A DNA stretch of 64,000 bases from positions 79,414-143,413 of the forward strand of contig JAIXWW010000014.1 of NCBI GenBank assembly GCA_027491085.1, in the 5' to 3' direction. Shown here one piece after another: positions 1-9,991 of the stretch. Made by a program: the position numbers and the translations under genes. The stretch is from Bacteroidota bacterium. Its GTDB lineage: Bacteria > Bacteroidota > Bacteroidia > UKL13-3. The notes below the pieces were generated by a model. It did not search any database and was not told the DNA's origin. It saw only the letters and a list, made by a program, of their open reading frames with translations. How positions within the stretch are numbered: the first letter of the stretch is position 1; each line of letters opens with the position of its first letter.

Positions 1-215
1 ATATCGCTGGCATTGCCTTTTAGTTCAGCCTTAATGGTTTGTACAAATGTTTCGGTATTTACTTTACCCAATTCGTATTCTTTAAAAATGGGCAACTTTT
101 CATTTACTTCGTCTAAATCAATATTGAGTCGTTTAAAACTTCTAATAGTTCTATCTTGGTCAAGATTAACAATTACACCGCCTAAATCAAAAATTATAGC
201 TTTATATTTTAACAT
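1..215 (-). CDS. HAD-family hydrolase, N-terminal part (gene runs off the left edge of the window)
   Basis: Absent from the ORF track because it is truncated. Reverse-strand translation from the ATG at 215-213 reads MLKYKAIIFDLGGVIVNLDQDRTIRSFKRLNIDLDEVNEK..., carrying HAD motif I (FDLGGV). The + strand ORF 13..222 is its antisense shadow. Confidence 0.7.
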   Translation of the reverse strand, partial: MLKYKAIIFDLGGVIVNLDQDRTIRSFKRLNIDLDEVNEKLPIFKEYELGKVNTETFVQTIKAELKGNASD

Positions 216-228
216 TTTATAAAATTTA

Positions 229-260
229 TTTGCAAGAATAATACAAATTACATACTTTCG
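229..260 (+). promoter_or_regulatory. Putative Bacteroidota-type promoter of the tRNA gene (TTTG-N20-TACTTTCG)
   Basis: TTTG at 229-232 and TACTTTCG at 253-260 resemble the -33 TTTG / -7 TAnnTTTG consensus, with C replacing the third T of TTTG. The box ends 37 nt upstream of the tRNA 5' end. Confidence 0.4.
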
Positions 261-296
261 AACTCCTTAAAAAATCAAATAATAATCATTTGATTT

Positions 297-373
297 GGGC
301 CTATAGCTCATTCGGTTAGAGCAACTGACTCATAATCAGTAGGTGCCTGGTTCGATTCCAGGTGGGCCCACCA
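297..373 (+). tRNA. tRNA with CAT anticodon (elongator tRNA-Met, or tRNA-Ile2 read via lysidine)
   Basis: The cloverleaf folds by hand with only one G-U pair. Acceptor GGGCCTA/TGGGCCC, D stem GCTC/GAGC, anticodon stem ACTGA/TCAGT with loop CTCATAA, T stem CCTGG/CCAGG with loop TTCGATT, discriminator A, encoded CCA. It lacks the initiator signature (three G-C pairs at the base of the anticodon stem). C4-G69 and C5-G68 resemble E. coli tRNA-Ile2, so the identity is ambiguous. Confidence 0.9.
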
Positions 374-409
374 AAAAAAAAGGAGTTACAATTTGTAACT
401 CCTTTTTTT
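373..409. terminator. Bidirectional intrinsic terminator between the tRNA and convergent dut
   Basis: A 9 bp stem GGAGTTACA/TGTAACTCC (382-402) with a 3 nt loop, preceded by an A run and followed by a T run, so it reads as hairpin plus U-tract on both strands. Confidence 0.7.
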
Positions 410-424
410 ATGCGAAATAGTTTG

Positions 425-859
425 TTAAAGTTTTCCGGTACTTCCATAACCACCAGCACCACGGCCTGTTTCGCTTAACTCAGTAGTAATTTCCCATACA
501 GCAGTTTCATGCTTGGAAATAACTAATTGCGCAATGCGCTCACCATTTTTTATTTCAAAAGGTTCGGTTCCAAGATTAATTAAAAGTACTTTAACTTCGC
601 CTCTGTAATCAGCATCAATTGTGCCAGGACTGTTTAAAACAGTAATTCCATGTTTAAAAGCTAAACCACTCCTTGGTCTTACTTGAGCTTCGTAGCCTAT
701 TGGAATTTCCATAAATAAACCCGTAGGTATAAGTGCTCTTGAATTTGGATTTAAAATTATTGACTCACTTACAAAAGAGCGTAAATCCATACCTGCGGCA
801 TGAACTGTTTCATAGGCAGGTAAATCGTTGTTAGAAGTATTAATTATTTTTATTTTCAT
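425..859 (-). CDS. dut: dUTP diphosphatase
   Basis: ORF 425..898. dUTPase motifs are present ([25 protein letters not shown]). I prefer the internal start MKIKIINTS at 859, which avoids overlap with the upstream gene ending at 864. Confidence 0.9.
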   Translation of the reverse strand: MKIKIINTSNNDLPAYETVHAAGMDLRSFVSESIILNPNSRALIPTGLFMEIPIGYEAQVRPRSGLAFKHGITVLNSPGTIDADYRGEVKVLLINLGTEPFEIKNGERIAQLVISKHETAVWEITTELSETGRGAGGYGSTGKL

Positions 860-863
860 AAAA

Positions 864-2330
864 CTAGTGATTAAATATTGTTTTAAAACGCTTTTCAACT
901 ATAAAAGCAATGGCAATAAAAAGGAATAGTAGAAAAGTATTGATACCATATAAAATAATTGGCTCAGTAAATATACCAGATAGCAATTTACTAATATAAA
1001 AAATAGCTATTGCAGTTAAAGTGTAACCCAAAAACTTACCAATATTATATTCGATAGGATAATATTTTTTACCCATTAGGTAGCAAACTACCATCATGCT
1101 AAAATAGCAGATAAGTGTGGCCCAAGCCGAACCAGTATACCCATAAATAGGAATCCAAATGAAGTTTAATAACAAGGTAATTCCTGCCCCCATAAGAGAT
1201 ATGTTTGCTCCTTTTTTATTATTGTCACTTAGTTTGTACCAAATAGATAAATTATAATAAATACCGAGGAACATATTGGCTAATAATAAAATTGGTACTA
1301 CATGTAAACCCTCATAAAATTTGACATCTATAAAGTGTTTAAAGAAATCAATAAACAGAGTAACTACTAAAAACAAGCAGAGACAAATGATGATAAAATA
1401 GTCCATTACCACTGCATAAATGGTTCGCTTATCTGAACTTTTTGAGTGACTAAAAAAGAAGGGTTCAGCAGCAAATTTAAAAGCTTGTATAAACAAAGTC
1501 ATTAAAATGGAAAGTTTATAATTAGCTGCATAAACTCCATTCATTTCGTTAGCTAAATGGGCATCTGGATATAAGTATTTTATTAATACACGGTCTAATG
1601 TTTCGTTTATCATACCCGCAAAACCTACAATAATTAAGGGTGCTCCATAAATTATCATTTGCTTCCAAATCATTTTATCAAAACCTAGTTTAATGTTCTT
1701 AAACTCAACCAACAGAAGAGGAATGGTAATTATGCTGGCAATTAAGTTACTAATAAATACATACTTTATACCAACTTGTCCATTGAACAATGGCATTTCA
1801 ATACCTTTATTTTGTAAATAGGGGCATAATATTAAGAAGTATAGATTGAATAGAATATTGCTGAAAATATTGATGTTTTTTACTAATGCAAACTTTAAAG
1901 GTTTGTTCTGTTGACGTAATAAGGCAAATGGCAAAAATGTAAGTGCATCAAGACCTATTATTAATGCAAAATAAATAATATACTCTGCATGTTCCGGATA
2001 TCTTATGAGGTTGGCTATGGGATGTGCAAATAAAAGCGTTCCCAACATAAAAATTATGGAGGTAACTAATATTGATATTAATGCTGTAGAAAAAATTCGA
2101 GGATTATTTTTATTGCTATTTGAAAACCTAAAATAAGCTGTTTCCATTCCATACATGAGCACCACATTTAAAAACGAAACATAGCCATACATTTCAGCTA
2201 CAGTGCCAAAGTCGGCTTTTGAAAACAATGCTGTGTGTAGAGGTACCAATAAGTAGTTTAAAAATCTACCTAAAATGGTACTTAAACCATAAATAGCTGT
2301 TTGCCCTGCTAGCTTTTTAATAGTACTCAT
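864..2330 (-). CDS. Polysaccharide biosynthesis protein / oligosaccharide flippase (MOP/Wzx-like), multi-pass membrane protein
   Basis: A 488 aa highly hydrophobic ORF with about 12-14 predicted helices. The N-terminus ([27 protein letters not shown]) is typical of the family. Confidence 0.7.
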   Translation of the reverse strand: MSTIKKLAGQTAIYGLSTILGRFLNYLLVPLHTALFSKADFGTVAEMYGYVSFLNVVLMYGMETAYFRFSNSNKNNPRIFSTALISILVTSIIFMLGTLLFAHPIANLIRYPEHAEYIIYFALIIGLDALTFLPFALLRQQNKPLKFALVKNINIFSNILFNLYFLILCPYLQNKGIEMPLFNGQVGIKYVFISNLIASIITIPLLLVEFKNIKLGFDKMIWKQMIIYGAPLIIVGFAGMINETLDRVLIKYLYPDAHLANEMNGVYAANYKLSILMTLFIQAFKFAAEPFFFSHSKSSDKRTIYAVVMDYFIIICLCLFLVVTLFIDFFKHFIDVKFYEGLHVVPILLLANMFLGIYYNLSIWYKLSDNNKKGANISLMGAGITLLLNFIWIPIYGYTGSAWATLICYFSMMVVCYLMGKKYYPIEYNIGKFLGYTLTAIAIFYISKLLSGIFTEPIILYGINTFLLFLFIAIAFIVEKRFKTIFNH

Positions 2331-3757
2331 TATTTTTTATTTGGTATTGAATTTTCAATGCTTTGTTTAATGTATGCATTAATAAAATCGTAAATTAATT
2401 GATACGATTCATTGTATTTACTTAATGTTACAGCAGATGCTTTATCATCAATATCATGGTAAAAACTATAATTTCCCATTAAATAAAAAAAGAATGATTT
2501 GACGCCAGCTTCAGTAAAATAATAGTGGTCACTATTAGCAGCTTTACCTCTTGAATTAATATTAGGTAAATAGTTTCCTTGTTCATTGATATAACGCAAT
2601 AATTTAAATTCATCAGGAAATTCAGTAGCGTTTACTGATGTCATTCCTTTATCGCCTGTTGCCATCAAATCTAAATTTAGCAATAGTGCCATTTTATTTA
2701 ATGCTATTGAAGGATTTTGTGTATAATAATAGGAACCTAATAGGCCTGCCTCTTCACCTGCAAATGCAATAAACATTACGGAATAATCTAGAGGAGTTTT
2801 GGCAATATTGCCTACCAAATCAAGCATCATTGCTATTCCGCTTGCATTATCATTTGCACCAGGAAATATGGCTTCTCCAAATTTTCCAAGATGGTCGTAA
2901 TGTGCCGTTATTACTACAAATGAATCAGGGTAAAGCTTCCCTTTAACTATTCCAAGTACATTTTGTGTTTGGTGATTTATTAAAATGGATTCAATATTAA
3001 TATCTAATTCTACCATATGATGTTTTATGGCATTTTTTTGGATATAAATAATTGGGAATTTTTCTTTTTGTAATGATACGCTCCAAGTAAATTTCTCCTG
3101 ATTATTAAATATTAAGCCTTTTGCTCCAATTGTATTCGATAAAATGCTTTCAGCACGTTCAGGGTGCAAAAATGTTTTGCCTTTAATATCAGTAACTACA
3201 ATAAAAAATTTTCGCAATGATTTTTTGGTGAAAGTTTCAAAAGCAAAACTGTTATCTATAGTAGCAGAATCTATATAAATTACATTGAATTTTCCTTTTA
3301 TGGTTGGACATCCAGCATTGACAATAAATTCTCTGCCAGCTTCTAATCCAACACCATCAATATTTAAAAAAGTTTCACCAGGAAAAGTAACAACAGGAAA
3401 GCCGAAAGTTTGATAGTAATCAACAGTAGGGGAGCCGAGTCTGTTTTTTCTAAAAATTTCGGCTATGAAGCGAGATGCTTTTTTGTCTCCTTCATTTACG
3501 TAACCCCTCCCAGCAAAATCATCTGAACATAATTTTTCAATTACTTGTTTTGCGTATTCTTTATTTTGAGCTTTCGTTGCCATAGGCCATATACAATAGG
3601 CCATAGGTAATAAGCAATAAACAATAGGCAAATGACAACTGTTAAAAAACGAATTGCAGTTGTGCTTTAGCAATCGGAAAAAGAGGAAAAGAAAAGTAAG
3701 TTTAGGGCAAAAAAAATCCTTTGAAATAGTTTTAATACGCTTTCTCAGGATTTTCAT
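2330..3757 (-). CDS. M28 family metallopeptidase (aminopeptidase); 5' end uncertain
   Basis: M28 zinc-ligand region is present (ITAHYDHLG, GANDNASGIAMMLDL, FIAFAGEEAGLLGS). The first ~58 codons of the maximal ORF run through an intergenic-type word repeat (3578-3638). The true start may be M59 (3583) or another internal codon. Confidence 0.8.
   Translation of the reverse strand: MKILRKRIKTISKDFFCPKLTFLFLFFRLLKHNCNSFFNSCHLPIVYCLLPMAYCIWPMATKAQNKEYAKQVIEKLCSDDFAGRGYVNEGDKKASRFIAEIFRKNRLGSPTVDYYQTFGFPVVTFPGETFLNIDGVGLEAGREFIVNAGCPTIKGKFNVIYIDSATIDNSFAFETFTKKSLRKFFIVVTDIKGKTFLHPERAESILSNTIGAKGLIFNNQEKFTWSVSLQKEKFPIIYIQKNAIKHHMVELDINIESILINHQTQNVLGIVKGKLYPDSFVVITAHYDHLGKFGEAIFPGANDNASGIAMMLDLVGNIAKTPLDYSVMFIAFAGEEAGLLGSYYYTQNPSIALNKMALLLNLDLMATGDKGMTSVNATEFPDEFKLLRYINEQGNYLPNINSRGKAANSDHYYFTEAGVKSFFFYLMGNYSFYHDIDDKASAVTLSKYNESYQLIYDFINAYIKQSIENSIPNKK
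3578..3638. repeat. Degenerate heptamer word repeat ([AC]ATARRC: CCATAGG CCATATAC AATAGGC CATAGGT AATAAGC AATAAAC AATAGGC AAATGAC)
   Basis: Read directly from the sequence. The same word family occurs at 55100-55200. Confidence 0.8.
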
Positions 3758-3770
3758 TCTACAAATAAAA

Positions 3771-4022
3771 TTAAATTGCTACTATAGTGTATTCGTAGCT
3801 TTCCATAATAAGGTTAGCTAAAAGCTTGGTGCAGGCAGTTTCTACCATTTGTTTTGCTTCGCTTTCATCAGCTGCTTCTAACTCCAATGTTATATGTTTT
3901 CCAATTCTTACATTCGATACTGAAGGTAAGCCAATATTTGGCATAGAACCTGTAACTGCTTTTCCTTGTGGGTCTAATAAAGCCTTGTGAGGCATAATGT
4001 TTATGTGGGCTGCGTATTTCAT
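3771..4022 (-). CDS. purS: Phosphoribosylformylglycinamidine synthase subunit PurS
   Basis: An 83 aa ORF whose sequence (LDPQGKAV...VRIGKHITLELEA...A...CTKLLANLIMESYEY) is typical of PurS. Its ATG overlaps the pssA stop by 4 nt. Confidence 0.9.
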   Translation of the reverse strand: MKYAAHINIMPHKALLDPQGKAVTGSMPNIGLPSVSNVRIGKHITLELEAADESEAKQMVETACTKLLANLIMESYEYTIVAI

Positions 4023-4720
4023 TTTTTAGTTTGAAAATTATTATAAATCGAAAAAAGTATGTACAAAATGATGCTGATGTTTATTCCTAAATATCCAAAT
4101 GCAAATAAACTAATCAAACAGCATATTAAAAAGATATATCGTAGTTGATTTGCTTGCCAAGCAAAACTTTTAAACTTTAAGGCAAACAATGGGAGCTCGG
4201 CTACAAGTAGATAAGCACTAACAATTGGAAAAAAAACTAGGAACCAAATATTTTGAAAAATAGAACCTAAACCAAAGCTATTGGCACTAATTACAAATGG
4301 AATTGCCGCTATAAAAAGTGAATTAGCTGGAGTTGGAACCCCAATAAATGAATCAGTTTGGCGTGTATCAATATTAAATTTAGCCAATCTAATTGCAGAA
4401 AAAACAGGAATTAAAAACGAAATATAGGAATGAATATCAAAGTGGTTAAAGTCGATCGGAATATTGGTGATTTTATAAAAAATAAATCCTGGAGCTACCC
4501 CAAAACTAACACAATCAGCTAATGAATCCAATTGTTTACCCATTTCGGAACCAACCCTTAAGGCACGAGCAACAAAGCCGTCAAAAAAATCTAAAATAGC
4601 TGCAGCACCAATAAAATAAGCAGCTTTCTCTAGGTCGTTTTCCACCAAACTTGAAATAATGGATAAACAACCAAACAATAAATTGAATGAGGTAAGTGCA
4701 TTAGGAATGTGTTTTTTCAT
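4019..4720 (-). CDS. pssA: CDP-diacylglycerol--serine O-phosphatidyltransferase (CDP-alcohol phosphatidyltransferase family)
   Basis: Carries the CDP-alcohol phosphatidyltransferase motif DFFDGFVARALRVGSEMGKQLDSLADCVSFG (D-x2-DG-x2-AR...G-x3-D-x3-D). Multi-pass membrane protein. Confidence 0.85.
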   Translation of the reverse strand: MKKHIPNALTSFNLLFGCLSIISSLVENDLEKAAYFIGAAAILDFFDGFVARALRVGSEMGKQLDSLADCVSFGVAPGFIFYKITNIPIDFNHFDIHSYISFLIPVFSAIRLAKFNIDTRQTDSFIGVPTPANSLFIAAIPFVISANSFGLGSIFQNIWFLVFFPIVSAYLLVAELPLFALKFKSFAWQANQLRYIFLICCLISLFAFGYLGINISIILYILFSIYNNFQTKK

Positions 4721-4793
4721 TTGTATTTTGGTTCAAAACTTTTCGCAAAGTATTAGTTATTTAATAATTTGACAAAGTACACATAAAATAAAA

Positions 4794-4823
4794 TTGCTTT
4801 TACGGCTTAACCTTATAATTTTG
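4794..4823 (+). promoter_or_regulatory. Putative promoter TTG-N19-TAATTTTG
   Basis: TTG at 4794-4796 and TAATTTTG at 4816-4823 match the Bacteroidota -33/-7 consensus. The box lies 13 nt before the ATG at 4836, which argues against the TTG start at 4794 given in the ORF track. Confidence 0.5.
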
Positions 4824-4835
4824 AAATTTATAAAA

Positions 4836-5291
4836 ATGTTTAAAATGTTCAGAAACACATTACTAATAATATTCTATTTAATTGGCTTTCATTTAAGTGC
4901 CCAAAACAAGATAAGTACAGTTTTTAATAATAAAACTAGTAATTTACCGTGCACGCAAAATACTACTTATGAGAATATTAATGGTAAGATAAATATTAGC
5001 ATTATGACCAATGATGGTCAGTTATTGGAACTGAATAACATAGATGAAAATCAATTTAAGTGTGGTAATAAAATGAATTCATTGATACCCAAAATTGTTT
5101 TGATACATGAAAAAAAGAATCAAACTTGGGTTTCAAATTCAAGCATTAATATTTCTATTAAATGTAAAGGTGTTCCAAACGAATACTTGGTTTTTTTTAG
5201 TGGGTTAATAAAAAATAAGAAACAAAAAATGTACTTAAGTTGCAATTTACAAGTTAAAAGTAAACCTAAAAAGCACCTAACAATTAATTAG
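4836..5291 (+). CDS. Hypothetical secreted protein
   Basis: ORF 4794..5291. From the ATG at 4836 the N-terminus MFKMFRNTLLIIFYLIGFHLSAQ looks like a signal peptide ending in the SAQ typical of Bacteroidota. No recognisable domain. Confidence 0.45.
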   Translation: MFKMFRNTLLIIFYLIGFHLSAQNKISTVFNNKTSNLPCTQNTTYENINGKINISIMTNDGQLLELNNIDENQFKCGNKMNSLIPKIVLIHEKKNQTWVSNSSINISIKCKGVPNEYLVFFSGLIKNKKQKMYLSCNLQVKSKPKKHLTIN

Positions 5292-5311
5292 AAAATAATA
5301 AAGTTAAACCA

Positions 5312-8300
5312 ATGTATAAAAAATTACTAAGTATTTCAATGGCCATATTCCTTTTAGGAGAGGTAAATGGTCAACAACAAGTTAAAGTACCACATAAAAG
5401 TTTATTGGAGGCTAAAAATAGTAAAGAGCTACAAGCCATTTATGAACAAAATATTAAAGCAGAACTTACCTATGCAAAGGAAGTTTTGGGATTAAATATT
5501 GAGCCTCAAATATTGTTGGATGGAACGGTAATTCAACTAGTAGGTGTTTCTGAAAATGGAATACCTAAGTATATTAAAACAGACAATGCTGGTGCTGCTA
5601 AAACTATTGGAACCGATAAAGTTCATCCTGGGGGTAGTTTAGGTTTTAATTTGTCTGGAAGTGGAATGACTAATCGAATAGGTATTTGGGACGGAGGTGC
5701 TGTTAGAGTTAGTCATCAAGAATTTCAAGGAAGAGCAGTGCAAACTGATGGGACAACCACTTTAAGTGATCATGCTACACATGTGGCAGGAACAATGATT
5801 GCTGGTGGAGTTCAAGCAAATGCAAAAGGAATGTCGTTTCAAGCACCATTAAAATGCTATTTTTGGGATAACGATGTAAGCGAAATGAATACAGCTGCTG
5901 GTTCTGGTATGTTGGTGTCAAATCATAGTTATGGAAGTGTTTGTGGTTGGAACTATGATGATGCGAATACGCAATGGAGATGGTACGGTGATGTTAGTTT
6001 GTCTTCTACAGAAGATTATAAATTTGGCTTATACAATGATGATGCACAAGCTTGGGATCAAACAGTATATAATAATCCATTTTATTTACCTTTTAAATCT
6101 GCTGGAAATGATAGGGGAGATGTTCCCAGCACAGCAGCCACAAGAGTTTATTTTAATTCAAACACTGGTAATTGGGTTCCTTTTAGTGGAGCTACTCCTC
6201 CAGCTGATGGTCAATATGATTGTATTTCTACAAATGGAGTGGCAAAAAATATTCTTACAATTGGTGCAGTAAATAAAATTACAAATGGATGGAATGGAGC
6301 TAGTTCTGTTGTAATGAGCTCATTTAGTGGTTGGGGGCCAACTGATGATGGAAGAATAAAGCCAGATATTTGTGCAGCTGGAGTTGATTTATACTCGAGT
6401 TATTCAGGTAATAATACAGCATATAGCACCATTAGTGGTACTTCTATGGCTTCTCCAAATGCCACTGGTTCGGCACTTTTAATACAACAACATTACAATA
6501 ACTTAAAAGGTAAATTTTTGCGTGCTTCTTCACTAAAAGGATTAATTATTCATACTGCTGATGAAGCTGGAAGTAACCCTGGTCCAGATTATTCTTTCGG
6601 ATGGGGTTTAATGAATACAGCTAAAGCTGTTCAATCAATCTCAGACAGTGGTGCAAACCAAATAATAGAATCACAAATCCCAACAGATTTAACTCCATTT
6701 GTTAAAACGGTAGTTTCTAATGGCACAGTTCCTTTAAAAATAACTTTATGTTGGACAGATATTGCCGCTACTGCTTCAAGTTCAAACGTTTTTGATGATC
6801 AGGTAGCAAAATTGATAAATGATTTGGATGTTAGAGTTGTAAGAGTTAGCGATAATCAACAATTTTTACCATATATATTAAATCCTGCCACACCAAATGC
6901 TGCAGCCACAAATGGGGATAATTTTAGAGACAATGTAGAACAAATTTTTATTGCTGCCCCTTCTGCAGGAGCATACTCTATTAAAGTTTCAAGCAAACGA
7001 GGTTTTCCAAATAATTTGAGTCAATCATTTTCTTTAATAATTGGCGGTATTTCGCCTAAACCAGCTGCTAATTTTTCGGCTTCAGCTCAAATGTCGTGTG
7101 TAGGTAGTCAAATTACTTTTACCAATAATTCATCATCAAGTAATACCGCAATTTGGTATTTTCCAGGCGGTTCACCTTCTACATCCACATCGGCCAACCC
7201 TGTTGTAACATACAGTGCTGCTGGAAATTACCCTGTGGCACTAAAAGTAATTGGTGTTTCAGGCGAAGATTCACTTTACAAATTAGATTACATTAAAATT
7301 GGCGGGTTAACACTCCCAGTTATTGAAACTTTTGAAAGTAATTCTCAAACTGCAAATTTATGGAGAGTTGGAAACATTTATAATGATACTTTTAGTTTTA
7401 GAAAATGGACAAATGCACTTGGAACAACTCCAGGAAATACAGTAGTTGGTGTTAATTTTTATGATAACCCAATTACAACTAGGCGCTATCAATTGTACTC
7501 CCCAATTTTAGATTTAAGAGGTATGCAAAATGCCAATTTAAGTTTTCAACATGCATATAGTAGGTATGACGGAACAAGTAAAGATTCACTAATTGTAAGT
7601 ATAAGTTCAAATTGTGGTTTAACCTGGACTCGATTAGTTGGAATGACAGAAAATAGGCCGAGTAATGGTTCAAAAATGGCTACATATACTGGCGTTGGAG
7701 ATCCAGCACAAACTTCACAATATGCTTTTGTTCCGTCTTTGCCAGCAGACTGGTGTAGTACAAACATTAACAGTACCCCATGTAATTCTATTGGATTAAA
7801 TTCTTTTGTTGGGCTAAACAACGTAATTATTAGATTTGAAGTTTATTATGGAGGAGGAAATAATTTATTTTTAGATAATATAAATATTACTGGAACACCT
7901 TTTAGTCCTAAAGCAGGATTTAAAGTTCCTAGTTTGGTATGCGCAAATCAAAATACTGTATTAACCGATACTTCATTAAATAATCCGAGCACATGGAATT
8001 GGGTAATAACGGGACCACAAAACTTTACATCTACAAGTAAAAACCCATCATTTAATTTTTCAAGTACTGGTTTATACACAGTTAAATTAAAAGTAAGCAA
8101 TGTTTCTGGAAGTGATAGCGTTACAGTAACCAATTCGTTTGAAGTAAAAGCCAGTCCAGCCAAACCAGCGGTAAGCCTATCAGGTTCACTTATCCTTTGT
8201 AATAATGATTCATCATTGTTAACAACAACTTCAAGTAACTTGCAATGGTACCGTGATAGTGTTGCAATTGTTGGTGAAATAAATTCGAATTATTATAATA

Positions 8301-9148
8301 AAAATGCGGGTAAAATTGCTGTTAGAACCATGGGTTCAAATGGATGTTCTGCACAAAGTGATTTGTATACATTTAGCACAGGCACCAACCCACCAGTTCC
8401 TACCATTACAAAATCATTAGCTGGAAATCAATTCTGTGAAGGCGGTTCATTTACACTTACTTCGAGCGCAACTTCGGCAAATACTTGGATGAGAAATGGG
8501 GTTAATATGCCTGGTCAAACAGCCACAACTTTAAGTTTTAATGATTCAGGCACATTTAATGTAAAGGTTTCAAATGGCGTTTGTAGCTCCATTTCAGTTC
8601 CGTTAACTATTAGCAAATTGCCTAGACCAAATACTTCTGACATAACAGCATCTAAATTTGCATACAAAAATGATACAACATCTTATTGGGTGAATGGATT
8701 ACCAACATCTAGTTATACCTGGACTGTATCAGGAGGAACAATTCAAAGTGGACAAAACACAAATAATATTGTTGTAAAATGGAGTACAGGCACCAATGGT
8801 GTAGTTCAAGTAACCGAAAAAGGCACCAACGGATGCAATGGAGCATTAAAAACGTATCCTGTTGGTATTTGGAATACAGCAGTTAGTAATGTTTCTAATA
8901 ACAATGATTTTATTTTATTCCCTAATCCTACAAATCAATTCATTAATATCAATTATTTAGGAAGTACAATTAATAACTTAGATATAACTGTTTTTGATGT
9001 ATTTGGTAAAAAGGTTTTGAGCCAAGACGTAAACTTGAACAATAATAAGCAACAAGTTCTGGATTTAGTAAATTTAGCTAAAGGTGTTTATATCATTAAA
9101 TTGGTTTCAGATAATTTTTCGGGTAGTAAAATTATTACGAAAGAATAG
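5312..9148 (+). CDS. Secreted S8 (subtilisin-like) serine peptidase with PKD/Ig-like repeats and a T9SS C-terminal sorting domain
   Basis: Signal peptide is present. S8 catalytic motifs are present (DHATHVAGT for His, GTSMASPNATG for Ser). PKD-like segments follow (ANFSASAQMSCVGSQITFTN..., AGFKVPSLVCANQNTVLTDTS...). The C-terminus is T9SS type A-like (FILFPNPTNQFININ...GVYIIKLVSD...). Confidence 0.9.
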   Translation: MYKKLLSISMAIFLLGEVNGQQQVKVPHKSLLEAKNSKELQAIYEQNIKAELTYAKEVLGLNIEPQILLDGTVIQLVGVSENGIPKYIKTDNAGAAKTIGTDKVHPGGSLGFNLSGSGMTNRIGIWDGGAVRVSHQEFQGRAVQTDGTTTLSDHATHVAGTMIAGGVQANAKGMSFQAPLKCYFWDNDVSEMNTAAGSGMLVSNHSYGSVCGWNYDDANTQWRWYGDVSLSSTEDYKFGLYNDDAQAWDQTVYNNPFYLPFKSAGNDRGDVPSTAATRVYFNSNTGNWVPFSGATPPADGQYDCISTNGVAKNILTIGAVNKITNGWNGASSVVMSSFSGWGPTDDGRIKPDICAAGVDLYSSYSGNNTAYSTISGTSMASPNATGSALLIQQHYNNLKGKFLRASSLKGLIIHTADEAGSNPGPDYSFGWGLMNTAKAVQSISDSGANQIIESQIPTDLTPFVKTVVSNGTVPLKITLCWTDIAATASSSNVFDDQVAKLINDLDVRVVRVSDNQQFLPYILNPATPNAAATNGDNFRDNVEQIFIAAPSAGAYSIKVSSKRGFPNNLSQSFSLIIGGISPKPAANFSASAQMSCVGSQITFTNNSSSSNTAIWYFPGGSPSTSTSANPVVTYSAAGNYPVALKVIGVSGEDSLYKLDYIKIGGLTLPVIETFESNSQTANLWRVGNIYNDTFSFRKWTNALGTTPGNTVVGVNFYDNPITTRRYQLYSPILDLRGMQNANLSFQHAYSRYDGTSKDSLIVSISSNCGLTWTRLVGMTENRPSNGSKMATYTGVGDPAQTSQYAFVPSLPADWCSTNINSTPCNSIGLNSFVGLNNVIIRFEVYYGGGNNLFLDNINITGTPFSPKAGFKVPSLVCANQNTVLTDTSLNNPSTWNWVITGPQNFTSTSKNPSFNFSSTGLYTVKLKVSNVSGSDSVTVTNSFEVKASPAKPAVSLSGSLILCNNDSSLLTTTSSNLQWYRDSVAIVGEINSNYYNKNAGKIAVRTMGSNGCSAQSDLYTFSTGTNPPVPTITKSLAGNQFCEGGSFTLTSSATSANTWMRNGVNMPGQTATTLSFNDSGTFNVKVSNGVCSSISVPLTISKLPRPNTSDITASKFAYKNDTTSYWVNGLPTSSYTWTVSGGTIQSGQNTNNIVVKWSTGTNGVVQVTEKGTNGCNGALKTYPVGIWNTAVSNVSNNNDFILFPNPTNQFININYLGSTINNLDITVFDVFGKKVLSQDVNLNNNKQQVLDLVNLAKGVYIIKLVSDNFSGSKIITKE

Positions 9149-9176
9149 TTTTTATAAATTAATTTTGAAGGTCAAA

Positions 9177-9207
9177 AGAACACGCTTTAGGGCGTGTTCT
9201 TTTTTTA
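9177..9207 (+). terminator. Intrinsic terminator after the S8 peptidase gene
   Basis: A 9 bp stem AGAACACGC/GCGTGTTCT with a 6 nt loop, followed by a T7 run. Confidence 0.8.
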
Positions 9208-9219
9208 TTTTAGACAAAC

Positions 9220-9888
9220 TTGAACGAAAAGTATAAATTATTTAGTGCTTTAAACGCTAATCAATTAAAAAAAAAGCAAGAATTTTGCAATGTTTTGGTT
9301 AGGTTTATTCCTAAAGAAGCTGTTGAATATTGTGCGGAACTTATTCTATTTCATGATTTGCATTTACATGTGGAAAATGAGCGAAAAAGTAAGTACGGAG
9401 ATTATAGTCCGCACAATGGTAAAGGAAACAGAATTAGCATCAATTTTAATTTGAGTAAGTTTGATTTTTTGATAACATTTATTCATGAACTCTCGCATCA
9501 TACTGCATTTGTTAAGTATGGAAATCACCATGAGCCACATGGTGAAGAATGGAAGAATGAGTTTCAAAAAAATATGATTCCTTTTTTTGAACACGAAACA
9601 TTATTTCCATACGATTTAAAAGCAGCAATTGCAAAACATATGCGTAATCCTAAATACACGCATTCGGCTGATATTAAACTACTTCAAGTACTTAAGAAAT
9701 ATGATGAGAAAAAAGCGAGTACATTAGTTTTGGCCGATATACCTAATGGAACACTTTTTAAAATGAAAGGTTATGCTGATACATTACGTAAAATTGAAAA
9801 ACTCAGAACATACATTTTATGCGAATCATTAAACAATAAAAAATACCGGGTTCATGCAATGGTGGAAGTTACCATTATTGAAAGTTAG
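9220..9888 (+). CDS. SprT-like zinc metalloprotease domain protein
   Basis: Contains an HExxH motif (FIHELSHH) followed by HGEEWKNEF, as in SprT-like proteins. The track start is TTG. Confidence 0.65.
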   Translation: MNEKYKLFSALNANQLKKKQEFCNVLVRFIPKEAVEYCAELILFHDLHLHVENERKSKYGDYSPHNGKGNRISINFNLSKFDFLITFIHELSHHTAFVKYGNHHEPHGEEWKNEFQKNMIPFFEHETLFPYDLKAAIAKHMRNPKYTHSADIKLLQVLKKYDEKKASTLVLADIPNGTLFKMKGYADTLRKIEKLRTYILCESLNNKKYRVHAMVEVTIIES

Positions 9889-9929
9889 TAAAATGACAAA
9901 GTTGTTGCTAAAACAAATTGAAAAAAGTA

Positions 9930-9959
9930 TTGTACTATATATTTTAAGATTTACTTTTG
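9930..9959 (+). promoter_or_regulatory. Putative promoter TTG-N19-TACTTTTG
   Basis: TTG at 9930-9932 and TACTTTTG at 9952-9959, 32 nt upstream of the ATG at 9992. Confidence 0.45.
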
Positions 9960-9991
9960 CAAAAGTATTTATTTAACAAAATACCAAAACC

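Noticed and set aside
13-222. Track ORF (69 aa, + strand) at the left edge.
   Set aside because: It is antisense to a much better HAD-hydrolase reading frame (MLKYKAIIFDLGGV...) starting at 215 on the - strand. It has low-complexity composition and no motif.
297-4720. tRNA-adjacent genomic island or prophage.
   Set aside because: No integrase, no direct repeat of the tRNA 3' end and no phage genes are present. The downstream genes (dut, flippase, peptidase, purS, pssA) are core functions with uniform composition.
5931-8163. Several 60-113 aa ORFs inside or antisense to the S8 peptidase gene (5931..6272, 7479..7673, 7546..7821, 7948..8163).
   Set aside because: They are fully embedded in a long ORF with clear catalytic motifs. 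Their peptides have odd composition and look like shadow frames. The same reasoning applies to other embedded track ORFs (for example 10832..11161, 13852..14124, 14782..15099, 22257..22679, 34094..34642, 47030..47556, 51396..51695, 54351..54755, 56149..56559, 59504..59761, 61431..62016).
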